Of a stretch of DNA of 64,000 nt, positions 34,527-43,945 are shown one piece after another; the stretch's first letter is position 1; every line of letters begins with the position of its first letter. A program made the translations under genes and the position numbers. The notes under the pieces are model-generated. The model worked only from the letters and a program-made list of their open reading frames with translations, did no database searches and had not been told where the DNA came from. The stretch is from an uncultured delta proteobacterium (GTDB taxonomy: Bacteria; Desulfobacterota; Zymogenia; Zymogenales; Zymogenaceae): positions 416,001 through 480,000 of the forward strand of contig CAVTLK010000002.1 in assembly GCA_963735595.1 (NCBI GenBank), given 5' to 3'.

Positions 34527-35390
34527 GTCGCTCCTTTCTCGGTTCATCGCGCCGTTTGTCGAGGTCATCCAGGAGCGCGATCATCTCGACGGAGAAGGCC
34601 GCGCATCCCGTCCTGTCCGTCCCGTTTCGATCGAATTTCCCCAGGCAGACCTTCCATCCCGGGCAGCGCGAGCAGGGGTGATATGCGAGAAACAGGCGCC
34701 GGCGCACGTCGATCCGCTCCCGGTACGTCTCGGAATCGATAACTGTCGTCCAGCCGCTCGATATCGTTCTCGATGAAGCTTTCGTCGAGAAGTTCCCGGC
34801 GCGAGAGGGCGATGCGGCCGTCCGGGTCCAGGTGGAGGAAGTCCTTGGGGTCGTCGAAGAAGACCGGGCCCCACTCGATCCATCCGTCTGACTGGTAACG
34901 CCCCGCAATGGTCGAAAAGGGCTCGATCGGGCCGTGGGGTACGGCTGTCGACCAGGGAATAAGTCATGAGGTCGGCCAAGCCTTCCCAATCGACGGGTCC
35001 CGCGATCCCCGAAGACCGCCGCACATCGGATGTTGACCGACGAAAGAATCCTGAGGGCGGTGAGATTCCCGGGATCGTCGGCCGAAAGGTAAATCATGGG
35101 GTTCAGATCCCGAACCGTTCGCAGCCGCCGGGACGAGGCCGCGGAACTGCGCCATCTTCGGGGCAAAGACGGCAAGCTTGATGCCCGGCCCAGGCGTCGT
35201 CGAAGGGGACTTCGTCCAGGGGGATGCGAGAATCCAGGATGACCATCGAAAGCCGGTTGGCCGATGACCTCACGCACTCGGCGGCCCTGACGACGTCTGA
35301 CGGCTCATCGACCCGTACCGCCAGGACACGCTCGGATAAGTCGGCGATCAGCGTCTCGCTAAACGGCAATACAAGGTTTGGAAAGCCCAC
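34507..35390 (-). CDS. Uncharacterised partner protein with a SPASM-like Cys cluster and no visible CxxxCxxC (frameshifted)
   Basis: Overlaps both flanking rSAM genes; C-terminal HPCSRCPGWKVCLGKF..GC. Confidence 0.6.
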
Positions 35391-36393
35391 GTTCTATCTC
35401 CTGGAGCCGAACCGGCGCCTCGCCGACAAAGCGGTTCATGACCTGGCAGGCCCCGCCGCCCGCACACCGGCCCTCTTCCCGATGGATACAACCGTCACAC
35501 TCTTCGTAAATCCCGGCGGTCTCGGAGCGGACGCGGTCGAAGAGCCCCTGGTAGAAGTCGTGTACTTCCTTCATCGAGTTGAACTCGAAGAGGGAGCCGC
35601 TTGTGAAATCCCGAGAGCGGAAAGCATGCATAGACGTTCAGATCGGGGGTTAGGTCGATGGCCGGCCCGCAGCCGAATTTGAATTTCGCCGACTGGCGCA
35701 TAAGCCAGCCGAGCTGTTCGTCGGTAAACCCGCAGAGCGGGAAACCGCAGTCCAGACCCCGGCTTGATATCGAACCGATCCAGCGCCGGCCGAAATGAAT
35801 AGAGGCGGTCGATAACCGTCCGCACGTCGTCGGGTTTAATGATAGACGCTCTCAACTCCCGGCATCGGCGAGGCCAGGCCCAGCCGGATATGCCGGTGCA
35901 TGCCGTATCGCGCAATCAGGTCAAAGAGGAACCCGATGTCAAAATCGGTTCGATAGATGTTGAAGCCCGGCGTGCACCACGGCCCCATGAGGGAAAGGAA
36001 CTTCGCGATGCGCGTGCCCTCCTGCTTGGGGGCCGGGGTCTGATCGGGATTATTGAGGTTTACGACGAAGCTCAGCCGCGCGGGCGGCACCGCCGACAGG
36101 TGATCGGCCAGCTCCCTGAGACGCGCATCGGCCATAATGCCGCTGGTAAACACCGTTACGTGGAACTTGCGCTCGATAAGGAAGAGCACCATATCGACGA
36201 ACTCCGGGTGGAGGGTCGGCTCGCCGCCGAGCAGCGAAAGGCGATCCTGATCGGACGCGGCCAGAAAATCGGCAAGGTAGATCAGGTTTTCCCAGTTGAC
36301 AATGTCGCCCGAGGGGGACCCCTCCATCTCCCGCTTGGCAAAGCAGTAGGGGCAGGAACGGACGCAGCGGGATGTCATCAGGAGGTTGGTCAC
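35359..36393 (-). CDS. Radical SAM protein with a C-terminal SPASM/twitch-like region (frameshifted)
   Basis: RBS gaggag and GTG; CVRSCPYC, LLGGEPTLHP, DCGFPLC, GCGPAIDL..ACFPLS and CDGCIHREEGRCAGG. Confidence 0.85.
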
Positions 36394-36520
36394 GATTGCT
36401 CCTCGAACGGTAATAATGAGGAGAGGCGGTTATCGCATCGTACGGCGGACGTGGGCCCGAGTCTAACGGTCAAATCGCTCCACCGGAAAGGAGGGGTGAT
36501 ATACAAACAGCACTTCTTTT

Positions 36521-36883
36521 TTAGTTGTGCCAAATTATATTGCCGTAATTTTCGGAGTAATCGTAATAGTTCTGGTAATCGGAGTAGTTGTAATAATCGG
36601 AGTAGTTGTAATAATCAGAATAATTATAGTAGTATGCTGAATATTCGGTGTACATGTTTGAATAGTTGTAGTACGAATAGTTGTAATAGGAGTTACTGTA
36701 GCCGTTCACATACCCGCCGGTACACTCGTCCTGCCCCTGGGTAACGACTCCGGCGACGCCAAGGGTGCCGACCAGGGCGATCCCCTTGGCCATGCGCTTC
36801 ATCGCCTCCCGCCGGGTAAGCGTTTCCTTGTTTGTGGTGTCGATCTCTTGAGTTTTCTTCTTTGTCTTCTTTTCGTCGTTCAT
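36521..36883 (-). CDS. Putative RiPP precursor 1: twin-arginine-like leader plus Tyr-x-Asn/Asp repeat core (120 aa)
   Basis: RBS ggagaagac; TLTRREAMK, a hydrophobic stretch, QGQDEC, then about 25 Tyr in YYN/YSD/YSN triplets; directly upstream of the rSAM genes. Confidence 0.8.
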   Translation of the reverse strand: MNDEKKTKKKTQEIDTTNKETLTRREAMKRMAKGIALVGTLGVAGVVTQGQDECTGGYVNGYSNSYYNYSYYNYSNMYTEYSAYYYNYSDYYNYSDYYNYSDYQNYYDYSENYGNIIWHN

Positions 36884-37041
36884 CGTCTTCTCCTTGCAGA
36901 GCCGTCTTATCGTAAAGAGGAAGGCATGACAGGTCGAGGGTGGTGAATACTCAACGTGTCGCTCCGCCGGGACTTATATTACATGTAAGCTTCTTATCTT
37001 CCTGACTCCTGCAAGCCCGTCTTGCATACCGTTACTGTCAT

Positions 37042-37070
37042 AGTTTATTACCAGTCATGATGTGAGTCAA
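37042..37070 (-). promoter_or_regulatory. Putative sigma70 promoter for precursor 1 and the maturase genes
   Basis: TTGACT-17 nt-TAAACT on the minus strand. Confidence 0.5.
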
Positions 37071-37132
37071 GCAAATTGGTAAGTATCTTTAGTATAATAG
37101 TCGGAATTAAGGCCTGTCCCAGCAAAAAATAT

Positions 37133-37156
37133 AAAGGGGCCCGTTCAGGCCCCTTT
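37133..37156 (-). terminator. Terminator after precursor 2
   Basis: aaaggggcc-loop-ggccccttt hairpin followed on the minus strand by an AT/T-rich tract. Confidence 0.7.
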
Positions 37157-37177
37157 GGCTTGTCTATGTAACCCCGG

Positions 37178-37540
37178 TTACCAGGGGTGATAGTTGAAGT
37201 ACCCGCCGCCATGATTGTAATAATTGTAGTAGTCGCTGTAGTTGTAGTAGTCGCTGTACGTGTTGTAGTAATTATAGTACCCGTTGCTATAATTATAGTA
37301 CGCGTTCGAATAATCATAGTAGCCGGCATTGGAGTAGTTGTAGTAGCCCGGAGGGACCAGATTCACGTACCCGCCGGAGCATTCGTCCTGCCCCTGGGTA
37401 ACGACCCCGGCGACGCCGAGCGTGCCGACCAGGGCGATCCCCTTGGCCATGCGCTTCATCGCCTCGCGCCGGGAGAGTCTTTCGTCTTTCCTGACCTGGG
37501 CGGCCCCCGTTTCGTCTTTTTTCTTCTTCTTATCTTCCAT
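37178..37540 (-). CDS. Putative RiPP precursor 2, paralog of precursor 1 (120 aa from ATG 37540)
   Basis: Same RBS ggagaagac; identical RREAMKRMAKGIALVGTLGVAGVVTQGQDEC segment; core of 15 Y-x-N/D triplets. Confidence 0.8.
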   Translation of the reverse strand: MEDKKKKKDETGAAQVRKDERLSRREAMKRMAKGIALVGTLGVAGVVTQGQDECSGGYVNLVPPGYYNYSNAGYYDYSNAYYNYSNGYYNYYNTYSDYYNYSDYYNYYNHGGGYFNYHPW

Positions 37541-37678
37541 TGTCTTCTCCATTGATTCGGTTACCTACGAAATGTAGAGACGGCAATGTGAGAACCAGGG
37601 ATGCCGAAGTCTTACCGGGCAAGAATAATCGTTGCTGCCGTTGCTGCTTATCGACTTTACATGCTATCTCACGATATT

Positions 37679-37708
37679 ATTTTAACTATAAGTGAACTAT
37701 TCTGTCAA
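37679..37708 (-). promoter_or_regulatory. Putative sigma70 promoter for precursor 2
   Basis: TTGACA-18 nt-TAAAAT on the minus strand in an AT-rich intergenic region. Confidence 0.55.
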
Positions 37709-37847
37709 GGATTATCGGCAAAGGGATGCGTATTTTTAGGTCCTATAAAACGACGGTAGGCCCGGCTGGCGGGGTAGCGGGTGCGGCGGTCGATTGCGAT
37801 CCGACGGTGAACGGCTCTTTTTTGGCGCCGACGACTGCCGAATCTGC

Positions 37848-37876
37848 TTGACAGCGGAGGGCGTTTCGTGTTTAAT
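37848..37876 (+). promoter_or_regulatory. Putative sigma70 promoter of the lysine fermentation operon
   Basis: TTGACA-17 nt-TTTAAT upstream of kdd. Confidence 0.6.
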
Positions 37877-37951
37877 TACTACTGGCGTAGTAATAAGGAT
37901 AGTACGGGCTGTTCGTTATTCGTATAAAAGGATTTATGAGGAGCAGGCGTA

Positions 37952-38989
37952 ATGAAAAAGGGAGATAAATACGGCGCCCACCGGGTGATTGAGCCCAAGG
38001 GGGTGCTTCCCCAGGCGGCCGATAAAATCGATAACACCATGGAGATCTACGATAACGAGATCCTCGTTTCGGTCAAGACACTCAACGTTGATTCGGCCTC
38101 GTTCACGCAGATCGAAGAAGAGGCCGGTCACGATACGGGCAAGATCGGCCGGATCATCATGGACACCGTAACCCGCAGGGGCAAGCAGCACAACCCGGTC
38201 ACCGGGTCCGGGGGGATGTTCATGGGGACGATCGAACAGGTCGGCCCGGCGCTCAAAGGCACGGTTTCCATTAAGCCGGGGGATTTTATCGCGTCGCTGG
38301 TTTCCCTCTCGACGACACCGCTGGTTATCGAAAAGATCGTCGAGATCAGGCCGGACCGGGACCAGGTGGATATCATCGGCAAGGCGATCCTCTTTGAGAG
38401 CGGGATCTACGTCAAACTCCCCGAAGACATGCCGCAGTCGGTTTCGCTGGCGGTGCTTGATGTTGCCGGGGCCGCCGCCCAGACGGCGAAACTCGTCAAA
38501 CCGGGGGATACCGTATTCATCATCGGCGCCGGGGGTAAATCGGGGATGCTGTGCGCCTACGAGGCCCAGCGGCGGGCGGGCGTCACCGGCATGGTTATCG
38601 GCACCGGACACTCCGCCGAGAGCACCAGGCGGATCAGAGAACTCGGCTTTTGCGATCACGTTATCCAGGTGAACGCCACCAATCCACTGGAGGTGGAGCG
38701 CGAAGTAAGCGAACTAACCGGCGGACGGATGGCAGATGTCACCATCAATTGTGTCAATATCCCCAACACGGAGATGGGCTCCATCGTCGCCACGAAAAAC
38801 GACGGGCTTATCTATTTCTTCTCGATGGCGACGAGCTTTACCAAGGCCGCCCTGGGCGCGGAGGGTATCGGCTCGGACGCTACCATGATTATCGGCAACG
38901 GCTATACCAAGGGCCATGCCGAGATCTCTCTCAATATCCTGAGGGAATGCTCGGCGCTGAGAGAGATATTTATGAAGCTCTATGCGTGA
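37952..38989 (+). CDS. kdd: L-erythro-3,5-diaminohexanoate dehydrogenase
   Basis: KYGAHRVIEPKGVLPQAA, RGKQHNPVTGSGGM, LDVAGA, FFSMATSFTKAALGAEG and GNGYTKGHA. Confidence 0.93.
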   Translation: MKKGDKYGAHRVIEPKGVLPQAADKIDNTMEIYDNEILVSVKTLNVDSASFTQIEEEAGHDTGKIGRIIMDTVTRRGKQHNPVTGSGGMFMGTIEQVGPALKGTVSIKPGDFIASLVSLSTTPLVIEKIVEIRPDRDQVDIIGKAILFESGIYVKLPEDMPQSVSLAVLDVAGAAAQTAKLVKPGDTVFIIGAGGKSGMLCAYEAQRRAGVTGMVIGTGHSAESTRRIRELGFCDHVIQVNATNPLEVEREVSELTGGRMADVTINCVNIPNTEMGSIVATKNDGLIYFFSMATSFTKAALGAEGIGSDATMIIGNGYTKGHAEISLNILRECSALREIFMKLYA

Positions 38990-40022
38990 GACGCTGCTCG
39001 ACCTGGTCGAGAAATCGGGGGCGCGGATAATCTCGGTCGTGGGTCTGGCAAAGAACACGGGCAAGACCACGACGCTTATCTACCTCGCCGGGCGCCTCGG
39101 CGCTGAGCCCGGGGTGCTGGCCCTGACCTCCACTGGGCGTGACGGCGAGGCAATCGACGAGATCACTCGTAGAGAAAAGCCGTCCGTCACCGTACAGGAG
39201 GGGACCCTGGCGACCGTCGGCCAGCGGTCACTGGACCAGGGGCCGGGCGTATCGGTGGTGCGCGATACGCCTTACGCAACCGCCACCGGCGGGATCGTGA
39301 TCGTTCGGGCCGAGAAAACCGCCCGGGTTGTCCTCGAAGGACCGGCGACGGCCACCGAGATGGGGCGGCTGGTGACCGACCTCATCGAGAAGGACGGCGC
39401 CCGATACGTTATCATAGACGGGTCGCTGGACCGGATCGCCGCCGCGGCCCCCGGCGTCTCTGACGGGGTGATCCTTGCGGTGGGGGCGATCCTGGGGCCC
39501 GATATGGAAACGGCGGTGCGAAAGACCCGGCACGCGGTGGACCTCTTTGTGACCGGGGAAGCGCCCGTGGCCGTACCCGGTGATATCGGCGTCTCCCGGC
39601 TCTGCGCGGTAAGCGCCGACGGGGCGGATTGGGCGATACGCGAGGGATCGGTAATCACCGACCTTTCCCCGGTCATGGGGATGCTGGAAAAGGGCGCCCG
39701 GTATCTCTATGTCTCTGGAGCGCTTACCGACGAGGTGCTGGAGGCGTTTACGGAGCGCGGCCTTTTCCCGGTCGTGATCGCGCAGGACGCAACACGGCTG
39801 TTTGCGTCGGGCCGGTCACTGGCCCGCTACACCGCGGGCGGCGGCGCCGTGAGGGTTAAACGGCGCATCAGGCTCATCGCGCTGACGGTCAATCCCCATA
39901 ACCCGGAGGGGATCGATTTTGACCCCGACGATTTCCTGGCGGCGATGAGAGCGGCGATACCGGACGTGCCGGTTTTTGATATTGTGCGGGAGGAAGCGCG
40001 TGGAATCCAAACTCGGCCTTGA
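38982..40022 (+). CDS. kamB: Lysine 5,6-aminomutase reactivase subunit (KamB-like)
   Basis: VGLAKNTGKTT, LTSTGRDGE..D, IDGSLDR and TVNP; located immediately before kamD. Confidence 0.65.
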   Translation: MRETLLDLVEKSGARIISVVGLAKNTGKTTTLIYLAGRLGAEPGVLALTSTGRDGEAIDEITRREKPSVTVQEGTLATVGQRSLDQGPGVSVVRDTPYATATGGIVIVRAEKTARVVLEGPATATEMGRLVTDLIEKDGARYVIIDGSLDRIAAAAPGVSDGVILAVGAILGPDMETAVRKTRHAVDLFVTGEAPVAVPGDIGVSRLCAVSADGADWAIREGSVITDLSPVMGMLEKGARYLYVSGALTDEVLEAFTERGLFPVVIAQDATRLFASGRSLARYTAGGGAVRVKRRIRLIALTVNPHNPEGIDFDPDDFLAAMRAAIPDVPVFDIVREEARGIQTRP

Positions 40023-41538
40023 CAGGGCGATTATCGACGAATGCCGGGGCTTTGCGGAAAAGATCTCCGACGACCTCATGGGGTTTATCCGGTCTCACAC
40101 GACCGACAGCGTGGAGCGGGCGGTAACACGGCTCCTGGGGCTGGACGGGACCGACCGGATCGGCACCCCGTATCCGAACGTGCTGATGGACGCGGTCAAG
40201 CAGTCGCGCGGGCTCGGTGAGGGAGCGGCGGCGGCATCGGCCGACCTCATCGCGCACACAGGCGGGGCACTTATTGACGCCGTCAAAATGATCGCAGAAA
40301 AAAAGCTCAGACTTGCGGACGTTCCGGTGCTCGACAGAAACAGGCGGATTACGATTATTAGGCCCCTGGCCCAGGCGGGGCTTGCGAGGATCAAGGACCG
40401 TGTCGATGAGCGAAACCGCCTGAGGGCGGCCTATCCGATGAGCGGGCCCCCGCTCCTCTACGTGATTGTAGCCACCGGCAACATCCACGAGGACGTGACC
40501 CAGGCGGTCAGCGCCGTGAAGAACGGGGCCGACTGCATCGCCGTTATACGCTCAACGGCCCAGAGCCTTCTGGATTATGTCCCGTACGGCGCGACCACCG
40601 AGGGCTTCGGCGGCACCTACGCCACCCAGGAAAACTTCAGGATCATGCGCAGCGCACTGGACGAAGCGATGGTGCGGGAGGGCCGCTATATTAACCTCGT
40701 CAACTACGCCTCGGGCCTCTGCATGCCGGAGATCGCGGCTGCCGCGGCCTTCGAGCGGCTGGATATGCTGCTCAACGACTCGATGTACGGTATTATCTTT
40801 CGCAACATCAATACCTACCGCACGTTCGTCGACCAGTATTTTTCCCGGATGATCAATGCCAAGGCCGATATCATCATCAATACCGGCGAGGACAACTACC
40901 TGACCACGGCCGACGCCGTGGAGAAGGCCCATACGGTGCTGGCAAGCGATTTCCTCAACGAGTCGTTCGCGTATAAATCGGGGCTCCCGCCGCGCCTCAT
41001 GGGGCTGGGCCACGCCTTCGAGATTGACCCCTCGCTCGAGGGGGGCTTCCTGATGGAGCTCGCCCAGGCGCAGATGATCAGGGAGATCTTCCCCGAGGCC
41101 CCCATCAAGTATATGCCCCCCACCAAACACGTGACCGGGAACGTATTCCAGACGCACCTCGTGGACATGATGTTTAACGTCTGCTCCGTGATGACCGGCC
41201 AATCCATCCACCTGCTGGGCATGCTGACCGAGGCTATTCATACCCCGTTTGTCGGCGACCGGTACCTGTCCCTATCGGGGGCGCGCTACGCCAAGAACAA
41301 TATGCGCGGGATCGGCGACGAAATCACGTTTGCGCCGGACGGGTTCATCCGGAGGCGGGCGCGGGAGGTCCTCGGCAAGGCCCACGTAATGCTGGCCGAG
41401 ATCGTCGATATCGGGCTGGTGGAGGCGCTGGCCCGGGGGATGTTTGCTGATATCCACCGGGACCCCAAGGGGGGCAAGGGGATCGACGGCGTGGCCGAAA
41501 AGGGCGAGAACTATTACAACCCGTTTGCCGAGGCATGA
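40000..41538 (+). CDS. kamD: Lysine 5,6-aminomutase alpha subunit
   Basis: YVIVATGNIHEDV, AVIRSTAQSLLDYVPYGATTEGFGGTYATQENFRIMR and NYASGLCMPEIA. Confidence 0.95.
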   Translation: MESKLGLDRAIIDECRGFAEKISDDLMGFIRSHTTDSVERAVTRLLGLDGTDRIGTPYPNVLMDAVKQSRGLGEGAAAASADLIAHTGGALIDAVKMIAEKKLRLADVPVLDRNRRITIIRPLAQAGLARIKDRVDERNRLRAAYPMSGPPLLYVIVATGNIHEDVTQAVSAVKNGADCIAVIRSTAQSLLDYVPYGATTEGFGGTYATQENFRIMRSALDEAMVREGRYINLVNYASGLCMPEIAAAAAFERLDMLLNDSMYGIIFRNINTYRTFVDQYFSRMINAKADIIINTGEDNYLTTADAVEKAHTVLASDFLNESFAYKSGLPPRLMGLGHAFEIDPSLEGGFLMELAQAQMIREIFPEAPIKYMPPTKHVTGNVFQTHLVDMMFNVCSVMTGQSIHLLGMLTEAIHTPFVGDRYLSLSGARYAKNNMRGIGDEITFAPDGFIRRRAREVLGKAHVMLAEIVDIGLVEALARGMFADIHRDPKGGKGIDGVAEKGENYYNPFAEA

Positions 41539-41539
41539 A

Positions 41540-42298
41540 ATGACGGCGCAGGTAAAGAAAGGAATCGTAAAACCGTACGGCGACGCCATGGGGGACGGCG
41601 CCGTGCAGGTCTCGTTCACCCTTCCGGGCGTCTCCGGTGAGATAGCCGAGGAGGCCGCCCGCCGCCTGGCCGGCGAGATGGGTATAGACGACCCGTTCGT
41701 GAGTAACTGCGACGACATCGGTTCCGGGATGACCTTTATCGTCCTCTACGGGAGGCTCCGGCACTCGGTCGACATCACCCGGATCAAGGGGTTTGACCGG
41801 GCCGCCGAAAAGATACCGAACATGAAGGTCATCGACCATATGATCGAAGAGCGGCTGGGCCGCGCGATCACGGCGGTCGGGGCGTGCATCGAGAGCGACG
41901 CCCATACCGTCGGGATCGACGCTATCATGAACATGAAGGGCTATGCCGGGGATTACGGGCTGGAGCGGTATAAGAACTTCCGGGCGATCAACATGGGCGC
42001 CCAGGTAAGCGCCGAGGAGGTCGTGCGAGAGGCGGTCCGGGAAAAGGCCGACGCCATCCTCGTCTCCCAGGTGGTGACCCAGAAGGAGGTCCACGTCAGG
42101 AATCTCACCCGACTGGTGGACCTGCTGGAGGCCGAGCACGTGCGCGATCGCGTTATCCTCATCGTCGGGGGGCCGCGGATCACCCGGGAGCTTGCAAAGG
42201 AGCTCGGCTTTGACGGCGGATTCGGCCGGGGTACGCTGCCGTCGCACGTGGCCTGGTTTATCCTGAACAGGCTCATCGAAAAGGAGGGCAGGGCATGA
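41540..42298 (+). CDS. kamE: Lysine 5,6-aminomutase beta subunit (B12-binding)
   Basis: KPYGD..GDG.VQVSFTLP, DAHTVGIDAIMNMKG and LVSQVVTQK. Confidence 0.95.
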   Translation: MTAQVKKGIVKPYGDAMGDGAVQVSFTLPGVSGEIAEEAARRLAGEMGIDDPFVSNCDDIGSGMTFIVLYGRLRHSVDITRIKGFDRAAEKIPNMKVIDHMIEERLGRAITAVGACIESDAHTVGIDAIMNMKGYAGDYGLERYKNFRAINMGAQVSAEEVVREAVREKADAILVSQVVTQKEVHVRNLTRLVDLLEAEHVRDRVILIVGGPRITRELAKELGFDGGFGRGTLPSHVAWFILNRLIEKEGRA

Positions 42299-43419
42299 AG
42301 ACAACCCCCAGCGCATTGGAGCGTTTTTACGTCCAGTGGGAGTTTGCGGTCGGAACCAATATCAGCGCCTCGTGCGGCGCCGAGACCACGACGGCGGAAC
42401 TCCTTGCGATGGCGGGGAAAGACGAGAGGGAGAAATACCTCTCGCTGGGGCTCGGGTACCGGGAGAACAAGGGCGACGCTCAGCTCAGGGATTTAATCGC
42501 CGCCGAGTACAAGAACCTTTCCGCCGATGATATACAGCTCGCCTGCGGGGGCTCGGAGGCCATCTTCCTGTTGATGCATACCGAGCTTAATCCGGGAGAC
42601 CGGATCATAGCCGAGGCGCCGCTCTACCAGACGCTCTTTCAGATAGCCGAGGATCACGACGTTGAAGTGGAGTGGCTCCCCCTCCTTGAATCGGAGGATT
42701 ACGTGCCGGACCCGGGACGCCTCGCCGACCTGCTCAAGAAAAAGCCGGCGCAGATGGTCGTCATCAATCATCCCCACAGCCCCACCGGATCGATCCTGAC
42801 CGAAGGGCTGCTTGCCGAGATCGTGGGGATCTGCGACCGATACGGTGCGCTCCTGGTCTCCGACGAGGTCTATTGGGGGGCCTTTTATGACGAGGCGGAC
42901 GTTGTCCCCCATGCTGCCGATCTCGCCGAAAACGTCATGACCATCGGCGACATGACCAAGCCCTACGGGCTGGGGGGGCTCAGGATCGGGTGGCTCGCCT
43001 CCCGGAGGAACGATATCCTGGAGGAGGCCTCGGCCCTCAAGGACTACACGACGATGTGTGCGGCGGGCCCGTCCGAGCACCTGGCGATACTGGCCCTCAC
43101 GCACAAAGAAGCGATCCTTGAACGCAACGTCGGGATTGCCGCCGAGAACATCGCGCTGTTCGACGATATCCTAAAGGACTCCGGTGGAAGGCTCTCCTGG
43201 GTGAGGCCGAGGGGCGGATACACGGGGTTTGTCTCGCTCAACGTGCCGGGGATGACAACGCGGGATCTCGCGCTGGGCCTCATCAAGGAAAAGGATGTCC
43301 TCATCCTGCCGGGTGACGTCTTCGGGGACGGCGGCAAGTTCCGGATCGGGGTGGGGACAAAGCGGGACGAGTTCGCCCGCGGAACCGTGGCCCTGGCGGA
43401 TTTCGTGTCGCGCCTGTAA
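42295..43419 (+). CDS. Class I/II PLP-dependent aminotransferase
   Basis: INHPHSPTG, SDEVY and MTKPYGLGGLRIGW. Confidence 0.88.
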   Translation: MKTTPSALERFYVQWEFAVGTNISASCGAETTTAELLAMAGKDEREKYLSLGLGYRENKGDAQLRDLIAAEYKNLSADDIQLACGGSEAIFLLMHTELNPGDRIIAEAPLYQTLFQIAEDHDVEVEWLPLLESEDYVPDPGRLADLLKKKPAQMVVINHPHSPTGSILTEGLLAEIVGICDRYGALLVSDEVYWGAFYDEADVVPHAADLAENVMTIGDMTKPYGLGGLRIGWLASRRNDILEEASALKDYTTMCAAGPSEHLAILALTHKEAILERNVGIAAENIALFDDILKDSGGRLSWVRPRGGYTGFVSLNVPGMTTRDLALGLIKEKDVLILPGDVFGDGGKFRIGVGTKRDEFARGTVALADFVSRL

Positions 43420-43507
43420 GGGCCGGCGCCCGAGGTGGCGCGACGCACTTTTTGACAGCACTTGCGCCGGCCGGCGGCGATGGTGTATGATGCATAGTCG
43501 GCAATAA

Positions 43508-43930
43508 ATGGATTTTCATATGACGGTTACGTATACGGGTATTGAATCGACGATCCGCCTCAGGATGAGCAGCGCCGACGCCCATTACGGCGGCGGGCTG
43601 GTTGACGGGGCCGGGATACTGGCGCTCTTCGGCGACGTGGCCACGGAGCTGCTTATCCGGCTCGACGGCGACGAGGGGCTCTTCCTGCGCTACGACGAGG
43701 TCGAGTTCATCGCCCCGGTATACGAGGGGGACTACATCGAGGCGACAGGCACGATAACGAAGGTCGGCGGCACCTCGCGGACGATTGAATTTTGCGCCCG
43801 CAAGGTGGTGGCCGCACGGCGGGACGTCGGCGCTTCGGCGGCCGATTTCCTGCCCGAGCCGGTGATCGTTACCCGGGCCAAGGGCGTCTGCGTTACTCCG
43901 AAAGGGCTTCAGCGGACGATAAAGACATAA
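43508..43930 (+). CDS. kal: 3-aminobutyryl-CoA ammonia-lyase (hotdog fold)
   Basis: [37 protein letters not shown]. Confidence 0.9.
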   Translation: MDFHMTVTYTGIESTIRLRMSSADAHYGGGLVDGAGILALFGDVATELLIRLDGDEGLFLRYDEVEFIAPVYEGDYIEATGTITKVGGTSRTIEFCARKVVAARRDVGASAADFLPEPVIVTRAKGVCVTPKGLQRTIKT

Positions 43931-43945
43931 CGGGAGGTTTTACCG

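Noticed and set aside
36545..36700. Tandem 18-nt repeats (gtaatcggagtagttgta-like) as a CRISPR array or VNTR
   Set aside because: There are no spacers or cas genes; the repeats are explained by the in-frame YYNYSD peptide repeats.
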